60,992 nucleotides of DNA from Neophaeotheca triangularis (GCA_054600435.1 BAAIJX010000035.1:186001-246992), one strand, 5' to 3'; shown: positions 11,949 to 24,079, counted from the stretch's first letter. Program-made: numbers and translations. Notes: generated by a model not told the origin, from the letters alone.

Positions 11949-13599
11949 CTAGTGGGACTTGATCCACTTAGCAGCCTCGCCGTAAGTACCGCCGTAGCTC
12001 AAGTGGCTGCCGGAAGGCTGAATGTCACCACCAGCACGGCTGCACAAGAAGTCGCCCTTGGCGCAGACCTCGAGCGACTTCTCCTTGGGAACGCCCTTGA
12101 AAGACATGCCGTTCATGGGGTCGCCGAAGCCAACGGCCAGATCGGCTGGCGCGCCCTTGCCCAGAGCGTTGTGCACGACCATGGCGCCTTGCGAGTAGCC
12201 CGCGAGCACGAGCTTGGTGTTGGGGCACTTGGAGCGGGCGGCTTTGGCCATCGAAGCCATGGTACCGCCACCGGCACCGCCTTGGGATGCATTGCCCGCG
12301 GCGGACGCGGGGTATTTCACGCCTTGGAAGTCGGTTCCGCTACCCATGGCGCGCTTGAGGCCAGGTCCAACAGTGTTGCCGATGTCTCCCATTTCACCAG
12401 TTCCACGGGCGCTGTATTGCACAGGTTAGTAAGCTGTGTGGGACAACATGCTGAGGAGTTGTACTCACTAGATGATGGTTGTGCCAGCGCAGCCTGGGCT
12501 GCTGGCGCCAGAGCCACCGGAAGAGGCACCGGCGTCAGCGTCAGCGCTGGCGTCGGCGTCGTCAGAGCCGCCTCCCATCAGGCTGGCCAGGCCACCAGAG
12601 CCACCTCCGAGCGAACCGAAGTCTGGGATACCTCCACCTCCACCAAGCAGACTGCCGATTCCGCTGCCCTCAGAGTCGTCAGCTGCCGTGTCGTCGGCGG
12701 CACCAGCATCCGCTGTGGCGTCAGTGTCGGCTCCAGCAGCAGCAGTAGTGGTGTCGCCGCCTCCACCCATCAGCGAAGAGAGGTCTGGCATGCCACCGCC
12801 ACCACCGATCAAGTCAGAGAGGCCACGCTTTGCCATTTCATCAGCCGCAGTGCCGGTAGGAGCCGCTCCAGACGGGGGGAGGACGCCAGCAGATGCTGTG
12901 GGAGCGTCTCAAGGCAAGTTAGCTTGCCCGGTTCCGCTATTAATATCGAGAAGAATAATCACTCACCATCGTCATCGCCGCCCAGCGAGCCCAGCTTGTC
13001 TCCAAAGCTGCCAGCCGATGGCGCGGAAGCGTCTAAATCCAGGTCAGCTTGCGTGATCGCATAATCATATAAGTTCAGCACTCACCATCATCGCCACTAC
13101 CCAGGGATCCAGGAAGGCTACCTCCAAGGCCGCCTTCAGGCTTGGGCATATCCTTCATAAGCTCGGGCAGCTTGGCAAGCAATTCCTTGATCTTCTCGCG
13201 CAAGTCTTCGTGGTCGCCGCCGGCGCCGGGGAGCGCTCCCTCGAGACCGCTGTCGCCGCCCAGGGAGGGAATGCCGGTCGGAGCCGCGCCAGCTGGGGGA
13301 AAGACACCAGCGGGTGCGCCATCACTGTCGTCTCCAGAGCTGGTGAGAGAAGGGACGGCGTCGTCGCCAGCGTCGGCGCTGTCCCCGCCTAGCACGCTGC
13401 CCAGGCCGCCAGGTGCGGCGGAGCCGCTCGCGCCGGCATCGTCGCCACCCAGGCTAGAGAGACCGCTCATGCCGGATGAGCTGTCGTCGCCGGTGGTGGA
13501 GAGGTCTCCGAGGGGGATGTCGCGCTTGGCATTCTTGACGGGAGCCGCGTTGACGGAGAGCGCGAGGGCGATGAACGCGACGTTGGAAGAGAACTTCAT
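11949..13599 (-). CDS. Secreted cutinase (CE5) with long Gly/Ser/Asp/Ala-rich N-terminal pro-region; exons 13599-13086, 13032-12967, 12907-12469, 12411-11949 (493 aa)
   Basis: Signal peptide MKFSSNVAFIALALSVNA. Spliced C..TTIIYARGTGEMG, C-PNTKLVLAGYSQGAMV (catalytic Ser), GFGDP, C...GDFLC and HLSYG (catalytic His) are the cutinase motifs. Three introns with GTGAGT donors keep the frame (1482 nt). Confidence 0.9.
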
Positions 13600-15069
13600 T
13601 GTTTCGAGAAAGGTGGGGGGTTCGGGATTTGATTCAAAGAGTGGAAAGTCCGGTCAACGGACAGAAAGGAATGGCAACGAAAGTGGTGGGTATGAAAGAA
13701 GGTGGAAGTGAATTGGTTGCTGGAGAGAAAGTTTGAGGAGACAGCTACCTGGATCTGTCCTTTTATGTGTTAAGAGGTGGATGGAGGACGGGGTTGAGGC
13801 AAGGTATGCCGAGGAAGCTTCGAAACGCGGCTTTGCTGGCTGATACATCGACAAGGCGAGGGCTCAACGGTTGTGGCTCGTGCTTGATCGGACATCAGGC
13901 TGCAGAGCTCGTTCAACCTCTTGAGTAACGAATATGATTCGCCGAGCCGAGGTAGCGTCACGCAAGTCTCCTGACTTCGAGTGGTAGATCCCGTAGTGAG
14001 GGTTGGGTTGAACATGAAAGTGCGGCAGGACGCACCCGGTTAGCGATGTGAACAGCGGGCTTGCCAGGCCGACCATTTCGCTAAGACTTGTTGCTGTTTG
14101 TACAATGGTACCGGAGGCCAAGCTTCACAGAAGGCTGTAGCGTGTAATCTTGTCTTTGCTTTGAGTTCGCCTTGGCCGGGGAAAGATTATACGAAGACGC
14201 TGGCTGCTAGGCACATGCTTCCACGAGGCTACGATACGGCACAGTCTGAGACCAAACGTAGGGCCTGGGTTGCTTGACGCGTAGTTCCTCCCGCCTTCCT
14301 GCATCATTTGTAGGGCAACTGCGTGCAATGCCTGTATAATCTTACCCCTTAGTCTGCGTTGCAAGCTATGGGTGTACGTCCTAACAGGCTAGATGGGTCA
14401 TTTGAGATTGCGTTGGACCTGAATTGAATGGCGGAAAGACCTGCTAGACCAAGTCCGACCGCGTCGCCTCGTGAGGTGGCAAGCTGTCAAGTCTCAGCAT
14501 GGGAGAGGTGAAGCAGTCGATATGAGTAGAGTAAAGTCAAAAGGTCTAAGCAAAGGGGATGCCCTGTGGTGATGTTCAAGCTGGGACGTCTCGGGCCGAG
14601 CCACTGTGCACCCGAAACAAGGGCCGTTTCGGAAACACAGATCTGCTGATGAAACATGGCAACTGTGCCATTCTCCCGGTTTGCATCATTTCGCTTTCTG
14701 AAGGCGTACATCCTCCCTCGTGAGCGTTGTCTTGCCTTGCGAATTCATGATCTCGACGTATCTTCGTTGCCCGTCAGAATCTCGTTCACAGATATTCCAA
14801 AGTCAGCGCACAAGACGCTCGAGAACATCCTGGACCGTTTCAGTACTTCCCGTTAAAACGTCGACATATGTCGTTGACGTGTTCTTGGGTTTCGTGAGGC
14901 AGTCCAAACGAGGGCTCCACTCTGCTCCTGAGAGCCGGCTGCCATCGAAGGTGTTATTGTGCAATCTGCACGCATCCCCGTCCCAACTTTCCAGAAGGCT
15001 GCATGCGCCTAGATGCCTTGCATCTTCCAGTGGCGACTTCCTCAGATGCATCAGTCGTAGACTCAATCC

Positions 15070-16522
15070 TCACCGTCCAACAAAGTCATCACGGATCAAC
15101 CCAACTTCAGCCAATGGCCATTGAATCCATTCAACATGCTCTGCATCCAACTCGCCGAGAATTCCCTCCATAATATGCCGCGGCCAACCCTTCACATACC
15201 AACGATGCTCAATCGCCTTCATCAACACAGCAAAATGGGCGAAAATGGCGAGCGCAACTTGGTCCTTGGCGTGTATGCTCGCCACATAGTCGTCGGACGC
15301 GCGGTATAACCAAGCGAAGATTATGTCGTTGGCCTTCTCGCACTGCATGAAGAAGCAGTCTTCGAGACTGTCCAGTTCTGCGAGCTGGAAATGCTGGCGG
15401 TGAGGATTGCTCTCGACTCTCTTGCGGAGTCGCGACAGGGGCTTCTCGTAGCTGTACTCGTACTCGCGGCTTGCTGCGCGGGGAGTGGCTTGCTTGATTC
15501 CTTGTTCTTGTCGAGGGCCCAAAGGCGCGAGTTTGCCGATGAACAGGTTGTCGTTTGCGATGGCTCGGATCGATCGGACGCCGCGGAGAAGGTGCAGCCA
15601 GGTTGTCGCGCCCTCGTTGCCGAAGGCGAGGTATTCGCCGAGTTTCGGTCCTGCTCCTAGATGCCCGAGAGCGATCATTTGGGCGGCGATGTAAAGGGGT
15701 TGGCAGTTGCTTCCGTCTATGTTGGGAACAATGGCGCGCACGTCTTCCAGGGCTGCAGTAGCGTGAGTCTCGCCTTCACGTTCGATTGCTCGACTGCGTT
15801 CTGAGGAACACTCGGAAAGCCTTGCCATGTGGAACGCTGCAAAGGCTAATAACAGACGCAGGACGAAGGGATGCTCGAATGCAAGCTCGACGGCTCCTTC
15901 GCGCCAAAACCTCGCTATAGGTTCATCGTCAGAAAGCGTCGCACTCGTCACGGTGAGGTAGTGATGTATCAGCTTCATATCGGGAAGTTGCTGTACAAAC
16001 GTCTGCGTCGGGCTCTCCAGTAGCGATGTCACAGGGGGAAGCCCTGTGGGTGGTGATCCGTGGGGGGTGGGACCAACGTGACCAGCGCTGACGCCCGTTG
16101 ATGAAGATGAGTACGGAGTGGACTCTGTAGTCTGGGTGCTATCATTTGTTTCTCGATCGAGTAAGTGGCGATTGGTACGAGGCCGGCCTCTTCGGCGAGG
16201 CTGAGATGCATCCCCCGTGGACTTCGCAGCAGCTTCCGGGTGAGGTGTGTCGGGAAGATAATCGCAGTGGATTGCAAAGGTCGTGCATTTCTTGCAGGCA
16301 GGTTTCGCTTCATCGCACTTAATCCCATATCAGCACTGACAGCAGGTGAGGTGACATGGCTCGGGATGAATTTACCTTTACTCGGCGTCTTTTGCAGTTA
16401 CCGCAACCTCGACGACTCTTGCGATGAGTCTTCCTCAGCCTCTGCTTTGTCGCAGCGTTTTGATCCTTGTCATCACTACTACCATCGGCAGACCTATGCT
16501 CAGCATTGTTTTGTTGGGCCAT
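15070..16522 (-). CDS. Zn2Cys6 binuclear cluster transcription factor, Upc2/sterol-uptake-regulator-like; exons 16522-16376 and 16317-15070 (464 aa)
   Basis: Spliced RKTHRKSRRGCGNCKRRRVK|CDEAKPACKKCTTFAIHCDY across intron 16375-16318. The C-terminal region (LIHHYLT...AFEHPFVLRLLLAFAAFH...WLHLLRGV...ALAIFAHFAV...WIQWP) resembles the Upc2-type fungal domain. Confidence 0.9.
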
Positions 16523-16954
16523 GTTGCTCAGAGCGGGCGAACCTAAGCCAAGGTAAGTTGACGGGGGGGAGAACGAAAATGCAGAATTTGTCGTATTCTG
16601 TTCGCCCTCTTGGCAGCAAAGTGGAGTCGCTCATGCCCAATCAAAGGGAACTTCAGGCTTTTGGAACAGTCAAACCCGAGCCGCGCAATGCGCAGCTTCT
16701 GAATACGAAAAACCCATCGCGAAAGGCCCGCCAGTAGTAGTATTGGGTGATGCAACAGTTGGGATGGCCAAAAGCATGACAGTAATATAAGTAGTCAAGA
16801 CCGCACGAGGTAAGTGTGAGCAATCCTCTCCTTCTCTCCCCATTAAACCATTTCCTCGCCAATCTCGACCGGCTACCACGCCTCCAATCAAGCCTCAGCA
16901 ACAAACAAAGAACCCGAAGGAGTCAAGAACAAAAGGACAAAAGAAGCAAGAGAA

Positions 16955-17680
16955 ATGGTCAACAAATACCAATCCGCCGGTGGTCTCAGCGGCAACCTCG
17001 TCCGCGGCACCCTCCGCACCCTGCAATGCCTGCTGGCCGCCGTGACCGCGGGGCTCTACGGCCAGGACCTCGCCAACGCCTCGTCGAATGGCGAAACAGC
17101 CGCCTCGCAGTGGGTCTATGCCGAAATCGTCGCGGGCCTCTCGATCCTCACCTGTCTGGCGCACACTTTCGGCGCCAATCAGAAAATCTGGTGGGTGGTT
17201 TGCGTTGGCTGGGACGGGGTGGTTTGCGTGCTTTGGGTAGCGCTTTTTGGAGTTTTTGGGAGTATTTTCTTGGGAGATGGGAAAGCGGAGGAGAGGGACT
17301 TTGCGGGGAGTCGGGGTAGGATGAGGGCGGGGGTGTGGGTTGCGTTGGTTTGTGCGGTTTTGTGGGCTTGGATTGCTGTGCAGGGGGTTGGGTGGTGTTG
17401 TGTGGCGTGGAGGAGGGCATGGAGGGAGAGGAAGGCGAGGAAGATGAGGCAGAGGCGGGCTAGGGATGTGGAGGAGGGGGGAAGGGGCGTTGGGGGAATG
17501 ATGGAGGCCGGGACAGCGAGCCGCGGTGAAGAGTCGAGGTCAGAGGGGCCCAGTTGTCAGGCGGAGACAGCGAGGCCAAAGAGGTCTTCGGTGGAGTTGA
17601 TGAAGAGTGGTTTGATGGGGGGAACGCGCAATGACTTTGTGGCGCCTCCGCCGCCTACCTACCAGGCAGCGACGCAGTAG
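16955..17680 (+). CDS. MARVEL-domain four-transmembrane protein
   Basis: Four hydrophobic segments with the fungal MARVEL pattern LRTLQCLLAAVTAGLYG...WVYAEIVAGLS...WDGVVCVLWVALFGVFG...RMRAGVWVALVCAVLW. A C-terminal PPPPTY motif resembles a PY motif. Confidence 0.8.
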   Translation: MVNKYQSAGGLSGNLVRGTLRTLQCLLAAVTAGLYGQDLANASSNGETAASQWVYAEIVAGLSILTCLAHTFGANQKIWWVVCVGWDGVVCVLWVALFGVFGSIFLGDGKAEERDFAGSRGRMRAGVWVALVCAVLWAWIAVQGVGWCCVAWRRAWRERKARKMRQRRARDVEEGGRGVGGMMEAGTASRGEESRSEGPSCQAETARPKRSSVELMKSGLMGGTRNDFVAPPPPTYQAATQ

Positions 17681-18324
17681 GCTTGAAGAGCGCCGCGGGT
17701 GCGAAGGAGAAAATGGCTGCTGGTAATCATGCTCGAAGACAGTAAAGTACATATGTAGCCGGTCTAATAGAGGATTCGCCATAGAAACATTCCGAGCCAA
17801 CCAGCTTCCCCTCGATCGAAAGTCAACACCAGTCAAGCTATCGTAAACGAGCTTGGCCACCAGTTTGCGCTGCTTTGAGCACGTTTCCTCGACACGATTT
17901 GCGTATCTTTGAGCGCGTTTTCTGGAGCTTATAACAGAAGTGCAGTCGCTCTTGTTTCTTGGAGGTAGCTAGCTTTTTTTTCTATTCTTGCTTTGCACTG
18001 CCCATGAAGACGACGCATGGCAACTTCGGTCGATCGTTCTCCCTATCGGCACTCACAGCGCAGACGGCAGCTACACTGACGAGCAAGTAGCAGTCGGTAA
18101 GTCACGCGCTCGAGTATGGCACCAGATCGACAGCGCATGCAACGAAGGTAACGTTCAGAAAGGAGTTTGTCGACAGTGATGGCATTATTGATTTCTATTC
18201 ATCTATACACTGCCCTTTTTTCATGTCAAACCACCTTTAAGCCGGGTGAGGCAAAAATATATGCAATCGAAACTTTTCCCCCTACTTTCTTTCTTTCCTC
18301 CCTCGTGCATGGTTACCCGCTAAT

Positions 18325-19503
18325 TTACTCGTAGCGGTAGCAGAAGGGACCGGCGAAGGTGTCCATGAGGTCGCCGAATCTGACGTCGTCACCGGCAAGA
18401 CCGAACGAGATCATCTCGTCGAGGTTCATGGGGTCGCTGGGAGGGTTGTTGGCGAGGGTGTGAGTGCCGGAGATGACGTCCTGGCGGCGGTAGATGTCCT
18501 GGCCTTGCCAGACGTACCAGACGCGGTCGATCATAGCGTGGTGAAGGAAGAAGACGGGGTCGGAGGGAGAGGCGTGGAAGTCACCCATTTCAGTGCCGGC
18601 GCCGAGAGCCCAGTGACCGCCACCGTGGCAGCCCATGGGGTTGTCGTTGCCGCCGTAGCCTTGCATGACGTCCTGGAAGTCCTCAAGGTAGATGTTGTCG
18701 TTGATGAGGGTGGTGACGTTGGTCCAGCTGAGGAAGCGCGAGCTGAAGAAGCTGTTGAGGTCGCGGGTCATGCAGCGCGGGTTGTAGTCCTGGTCGTTCT
18801 GGACGTTGTCACCGAAGGGCGAGTCGAGCGGACCCAAGTTCACGGTGACGTCGGAGAAGGGGCCGCGCTCAATGCAGCCACCTCCAGAGCCTGGCGGAGC
18901 GGTGAGGCCGAACAGGCCGAGGTAGACGTCTTGACGGTCCTGAATGGGGAAGCCGTTGCTGCCCAAGCTGAATTCGTCGCCGTTGAACATGGGGTTCTGC
19001 TCGGGGGCGTCGGCGTTGATGGCCCAGTTCCAGTACGGCATGTAGCTAACGTAGCCGCAAAGGTTACGCAGGTCCTCCTCCAAGAGGTGGACGAAGTTAC
19101 GGTGCCAGGCGAGGAAGTCGGCAGTGACGTGGATGTTCATGGTCATGTCGATGTGGGTAGCGACGAACTCGTCCCACCTAGACCTAACGCCGGGGTATTG
19201 GTTGCGCATCTCGTCGGTGGTGACGCGAAGAGGCTCGTGGTTCATGAGGCACGTGGCAGCGTCGGTGAAGGACTTGCGGTCACGCTGGCTCATCTCGTTC
19301 CATTCCCTGCGCACAATGGCATCGTCGAACTGGCATTGCTGGTCGGGCCTGTTGGTGATGTTCCACCTGATGTTGTCGTTGGCAATGTCGACGAGGTCGG
19401 CGAAGGCGGCGCCGTTGCCCAATTGTTCGGCCGAGTAGTCGTTCTGGGCCAAGGCAACCGAGGCAGTTGCGGCCAAAGAGGCGGCGGCGGCGGTGAAGCG
19501 CAT
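18325..19503 (-). CDS. Secreted tyrosinase / type-3 dicopper polyphenol oxidase, single exon (392 aa)
   Basis: Signal peptide; VRREW; CuA H...IHVTADFLAWHR; PYWNW; CuB HGGGH...SPSDPVFFLHHAMIDRVW; terminal CYRY tyrosine motif. No C-terminal shielding domain. Confidence 0.95.
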   Translation of the reverse strand: MRFTAAAASLAATASVALAQNDYSAEQLGNGAAFADLVDIANDNIRWNITNRPDQQCQFDDAIVRREWNEMSQRDRKSFTDAATCLMNHEPLRVTTDEMRNQYPGVRSRWDEFVATHIDMTMNIHVTADFLAWHRNFVHLLEEDLRNLCGYVSYMPYWNWAINADAPEQNPMFNGDEFSLGSNGFPIQDRQDVYLGLFGLTAPPGSGGGCIERGPFSDVTVNLGPLDSPFGDNVQNDQDYNPRCMTRDLNSFFSSRFLSWTNVTTLINDNIYLEDFQDVMQGYGGNDNPMGCHGGGHWALGAGTEMGDFHASPSDPVFFLHHAMIDRVWYVWQGQDIYRRQDVISGTHTLANNPPSDPMNLDEMISFGLAGDDVRFGDLMDTFAGPFCYRYE

Positions 19504-22500
19504 TATTATGGTATTGGTATAGTAGTAGAAGTAACGTTTAAAAAAAGGAGAAGAAGTCGAAACGGCAAGTGTTTGAGCGGGTAGCTGAAATTAGGAACGA
19601 ATGTGGTGGTGAGGTAGAAGGGTAGGTGGTGAAGGGAGGTAGGAGATGCAGAGGATGGAAGAAGTTGAAACACTCACGGCTTCGTCGTGGTGTTATAATA
19701 CCTTGGCCAGGCGAGCGACTCAACTTTCAAGGGAGGTAAAGGATTAAGTTTCTGCTGCTATTCTCGTAAATTAGGATCGCTTTGACCGCGTAGTCAGGGC
19801 AAAAAGGGCCTACCTACCCCAGCCCGAACGTGCATTGAAGCAGGGGGAGGAGCCTAGGAGGAGGAGGACAGAAACGTCGACGGCGCCTTTTCGACCAGCC
19901 CCCCTGAAGCTCCACCAACCTACCTATAGTACTAGTAATAATAATCGCTCGCTCGCCAATGCCCCGTCGCGCTGGCTCGGTAACCGTCGGAGCTTGGCAT
20001 TAGGGCGGAGCTTAATTCTCAAACGGCTGCCGCCCCGCCCGTCGCCTTTTCTCAACTTTCTTCCGTCGCGCGAAAAGGGGGTACCTACCGTACCTACCTA
20101 CACTTACCCTATGTACTTAGTACCTACATCAGGCTCTAGGGCAACGACGTTGAATCGGGAAACATCAGCATGGATGCCATCAGTAGCATCGTCCACCGGT
20201 AGCATCGTAGCATCGTATCATCATTTCAAAAGATCATCAGGTGACCCATGGTCCGCCTAGCCTTAGCCTTAGCCTTTAGCCTTACTACTTATTACTAGCC
20301 TTGTGCCAATCCGCCCGGACGAGTCACGACATATCACAAGCCTAGGTACCTAAACCTAGGTGTTGGACAGGCCGAGAAGGAGGCGTCCGCTTCGTAAATT
20401 CCAACGGTGCCTGACGGTACCTGACTAGTAGAGGTAAAATACTACAAATGACATGTGCTGTTGACCAACCATACCACGTGATGCCATCTTAACCCTCCCC
20501 TCCCTTTCTCGTGTTTGTGGATTCCACGATTCACAAGCGCCTCGTGATGGTTGACCTGTAAATCACATGAATCACATGATTGCCCTCAAGCAATTGCAAA
20601 GCCTCACACACAGACCGCTGAAATACCTGGCCGACCAGCTCAAGACTCGCGATCCGCTCCGTCATCACCACCAACACCATAGCGGGACTCGCCTTAGACC
20701 ACGCAATCGCCCCTAAAACACCATGGGCCATGTATAATGAGTATTCGCGAACACGAGCAACGGCTTCCATTCCATCCTCGCCAGACAACCTACTGTATGC
20801 ATCTATTTCACTCCCAAAAATCTTTAATTCCGCCTTTGGTGATCGCGGCTGCCGGGCAAGCTTCGGCGGTTGGAATGCCGCCGCGATTGGGCTTACTGCA
20901 GCAACATCCCAGGAGAGGTGCGGTTGCTGTGGCGGGGGGGGCTGGACTGCTAGCATTAGGGCTGCAGGACGTTTCCACCGCTTCAAGCCACCTCTACAAC
21001 CATTGCCATCGCCATGGAGACTCGGGATGAGTGAGCTCGTACCTACCTTACCGGTGCGTTGCTAGGAAGCAGCCGCAGCCTTGACGGACGCCCCGTCGCG
21101 TCTTTCACGCATGTCTCTCCTGAGGTGAGGTACCTTACTAGTGAGGGATCTGGTCATCAGCCGCCGAACTAGTATGGCATCAGGCTACGAAGCAGAGCTA
21201 GGAGAAACCGTATCTGTACCCCGAACGCTCAACGTCTACCAAACGGTTCTCTCTTTCTTCTAAATTTCTACGAGCAATTCCACTAGGTAAATGACATGAT
21301 GCCAGGTCTTGCAACTCGCCACCACACCCGTCACTACTAGACAGGCAACCTACGAACCTGCAAGCCTGCAAAAGGACCATCTTGGCCAGCCAGCCTCTAC
21401 GCCGACGTTCTCCGGAAAGCTCCAAGTCGGCTGCGAAGCGGAAAGCTCACCCTTTGCTAAATACAGACGCGGTAGTTTCAGAGCTACAAGGCGGCTTCTT
21501 GCTATAGTGCCAATAGCCCGGCGACTAAATCGTATGAACGCAACACGTTAGGGGGAGTCGGAGCCGCGACGGTGATGACATCTCCCGGTATCTCGTATTC
21601 GTTAAAGGGGATTTTGTATGTACCCCGGGCGTTCATTAGAGGTACGGCCACCCTTCTGCTTACATGACGCGACAAGAGGATTTGAACCGAGGAAGTACTG
21701 TATGCCCTCGGTGGAAGTAACCGGTGCCGTGATATCCTAGTCAGCGAGCCAGTTGTCAGGCGTAAGGAGTAATGTCTTCGGCAATGCTCTGGCAGGTTTC
21801 GAGCGCCCTCGGTAGATTGTTCGACCATATTGTGCCTTTCGTTAGTTGAAATTGATACGGGGCAATCGGGGAAAGCAGCTACAGGTAGTCGATGCTAGGG
21901 AGTGACGGAGCTAGCCACTGACTAGGGAAGCAACGGGAGAGCACCTACGACTGTCCTAGACGCTCTGCTGTGGTTTTGAGGTGAAGATACTAGCTGATAC
22001 CTTCGAAATACTTCCCACGGCGGCGACCTGAACACCGACTACCCCGTCCGCCTCGGCAGCACGAGCACAGTCTCCCTAGCACGAAGCTGCTGTCTCGCTC
22101 CCGCCCAAGACAAGCAAAGGTAGCCACTGGCGAATGGAAGCCACATAGAGCGACCTTTAGCCTTTGGCCCGCGAGCAAGGGGGAAGTGCTCGCGCCAGAC
22201 ATGAACGTCAGATGTAGCAACTTCCACGACGTTTCAACACCGACAGCGCTGGGAGGAGAGAAATGCTTGCCAAAGGCGGATTTTCCCGCTGCTACCAGCT
22301 TCCACGGCTCATCACCTCCCCGACAACCCATCCGCGCAACAAACTCGCCCTTGTCCCACCCAGGCATCTCTAGACCTTCGGCCCGGACTCCCAAGCCTCT
22401 TCCCTCAGCGCCTTATACGTGCCCAGACCGCAGTTATACGAGGATGCAGGTTCCATAGCGAGCATCAACAGCCGGGTCTTCGGAACAATCAAGAAAACCG

Positions 22501-24079
22501 GGACGCTTTCGGTGTAGACGACGAGTACACGGCTGGACTCCTTGTAGCCATACCTTGACGAGCTTTCTCGCAAAGCTTTTCGAGTAGTCACCAGAGTTGG
22601 TAGTTCTCGAACCGTGCAAAGCAACCTTTCGCGACCCGCAGTGCCAGAGCCCTTGGTAGAAGCCACGAACGTTCTCAAAAGTGAAAACAGCGACTGCATG
22701 TCGGGAGGCTCCTCGTTGGTGAAGATTGGTAGAAGATCGTGGATTGTAGGCCATGCCGACATCCCGTTCGAGTTCCGCGAGATCCTCTGCTGACTGGAAG
22801 GGCAATCTTGAAGCGGGGAGCTTGACGAGCGTCTGCAGTGTGCGTGATGCAGGGCCAGGTAGTCTGCGCTGCGAGCTGGGAGGTGGTCCGACTGGTCGGC
22901 CATTGGAGGCGTGGTAGAGCTTGGTCGGGTGTGGGACGATGTGCTCAAGAGCTCGTAGCGGGTAGGTACGTCTCGAGGGTTGGGTTTGATTTGGTTTGAA
23001 CGTGTTTCAAGGCACGAAAATTGCAGCGGGCCGTTCTTCTCGTCACTGGGTCGTCTGGCATCTCGGATCCGTCGCCGGGATGTCCAGGGCCCTGGCGATT
23101 GCTGGGGACTCCTAAGGTGATTCTACGAGAGCCGGATCGCTGGTGAGCGCGTGCTCCGGGTTCGTCGTGCGAGAGCAGCCCTTGGAGAAGATCGAGGTCA
23201 TAGAGGCAGGCAGCCAGGCGGGGATAAGGTTGATTCGTTACTGCTCGTCAGTACGGCCGACATTTACCAACTGTACCGTAGTCAGGGATTGAAGGTGAAA
23301 GATACTGGGAGAGTAGTAGAGACAACTTGCCGCTCCCAGCGACGACAGTGAAACTGCCAGCACCAACCCCAATCGTAGTCAGCTCGCTGTGAAAGTGCCT
23401 ACGGCGCTTACATACTGTGTACCCATGTAACCATGTACCTGGGCAAAGAGAGGTACAAAGGTACGCCCGGAATCGACGAGCCGCGGCGCGCCGAGAGGAT
23501 GCGCGGCTGAGAAGCGAGCTGGACTCGACTTCAGCTTTCGATGCCACGTCGCTTTGGTTCTTGAATCTTGTAGCTGGTTTTGTTCTTCTCTTTTGCTAGA
23601 CTCGTGCTGCTGGGTATTTCATCATCTTTTCTATTCCAGTGACGGTTGTTTCGTCGGGCGGTCGAGCGGTCGAGCATCCTAGCGTGTTTTCCGTTGGTGC
23701 GATGGGGGAATTCGTCGACGGGGTTACTTGGTCCTCCTTACGTCTGTCGGAAGCAGCAGCGCGATGAGTGCCATCAAAAGTCGAGACGCAAGACCGGGCC
23801 GGGAGAAGTCAATAGAGCGTCAACAAGAGCACGGAACTCACAAACACTTGTCATCATCGAGAGACGGAGAAAAGAGGAATAGCGGTTGACGAGAGCAATA
23901 TGTACACGACGGTTCTCTATGCTCTCCCTGGGACGAAAAAGTAGCGGAGAGGTCCGACTCGATCTATGCCTAATCCCAATGCGTCTATGAACTCTGCTCT
24001 TCTGTGCGGCGCTAGTGGTACACGGCACGACCTCCTCGAAAGTCGAACTCCAGGACTGCGGGTGGTTGAAAATGTTCGC

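Noticed and set aside
11952..13064. 370-aa plus-strand ORF over the cutinase
   Set aside because: Antisense to a well-supported GC-rich spliced gene; low-complexity translation.
18460..19584. 374-aa plus-strand ORF over the tyrosinase
   Set aside because: Val-rich mirror of NAC/NNC-biased codons; typical antisense artefact.
20256..20300. Telomere-like repeat or telomerase RNA template
   Set aside because: The unit is CCTTAG, not the TTAGGG/CCCTAA expected in filamentous ascomycetes, and has only 3-4 imperfect copies.
21990..22948. Overlapping minus-strand ORFs of 120-190 aa
   Set aside because: No recognisable domain, no typical codon bias and no consistent splice model.
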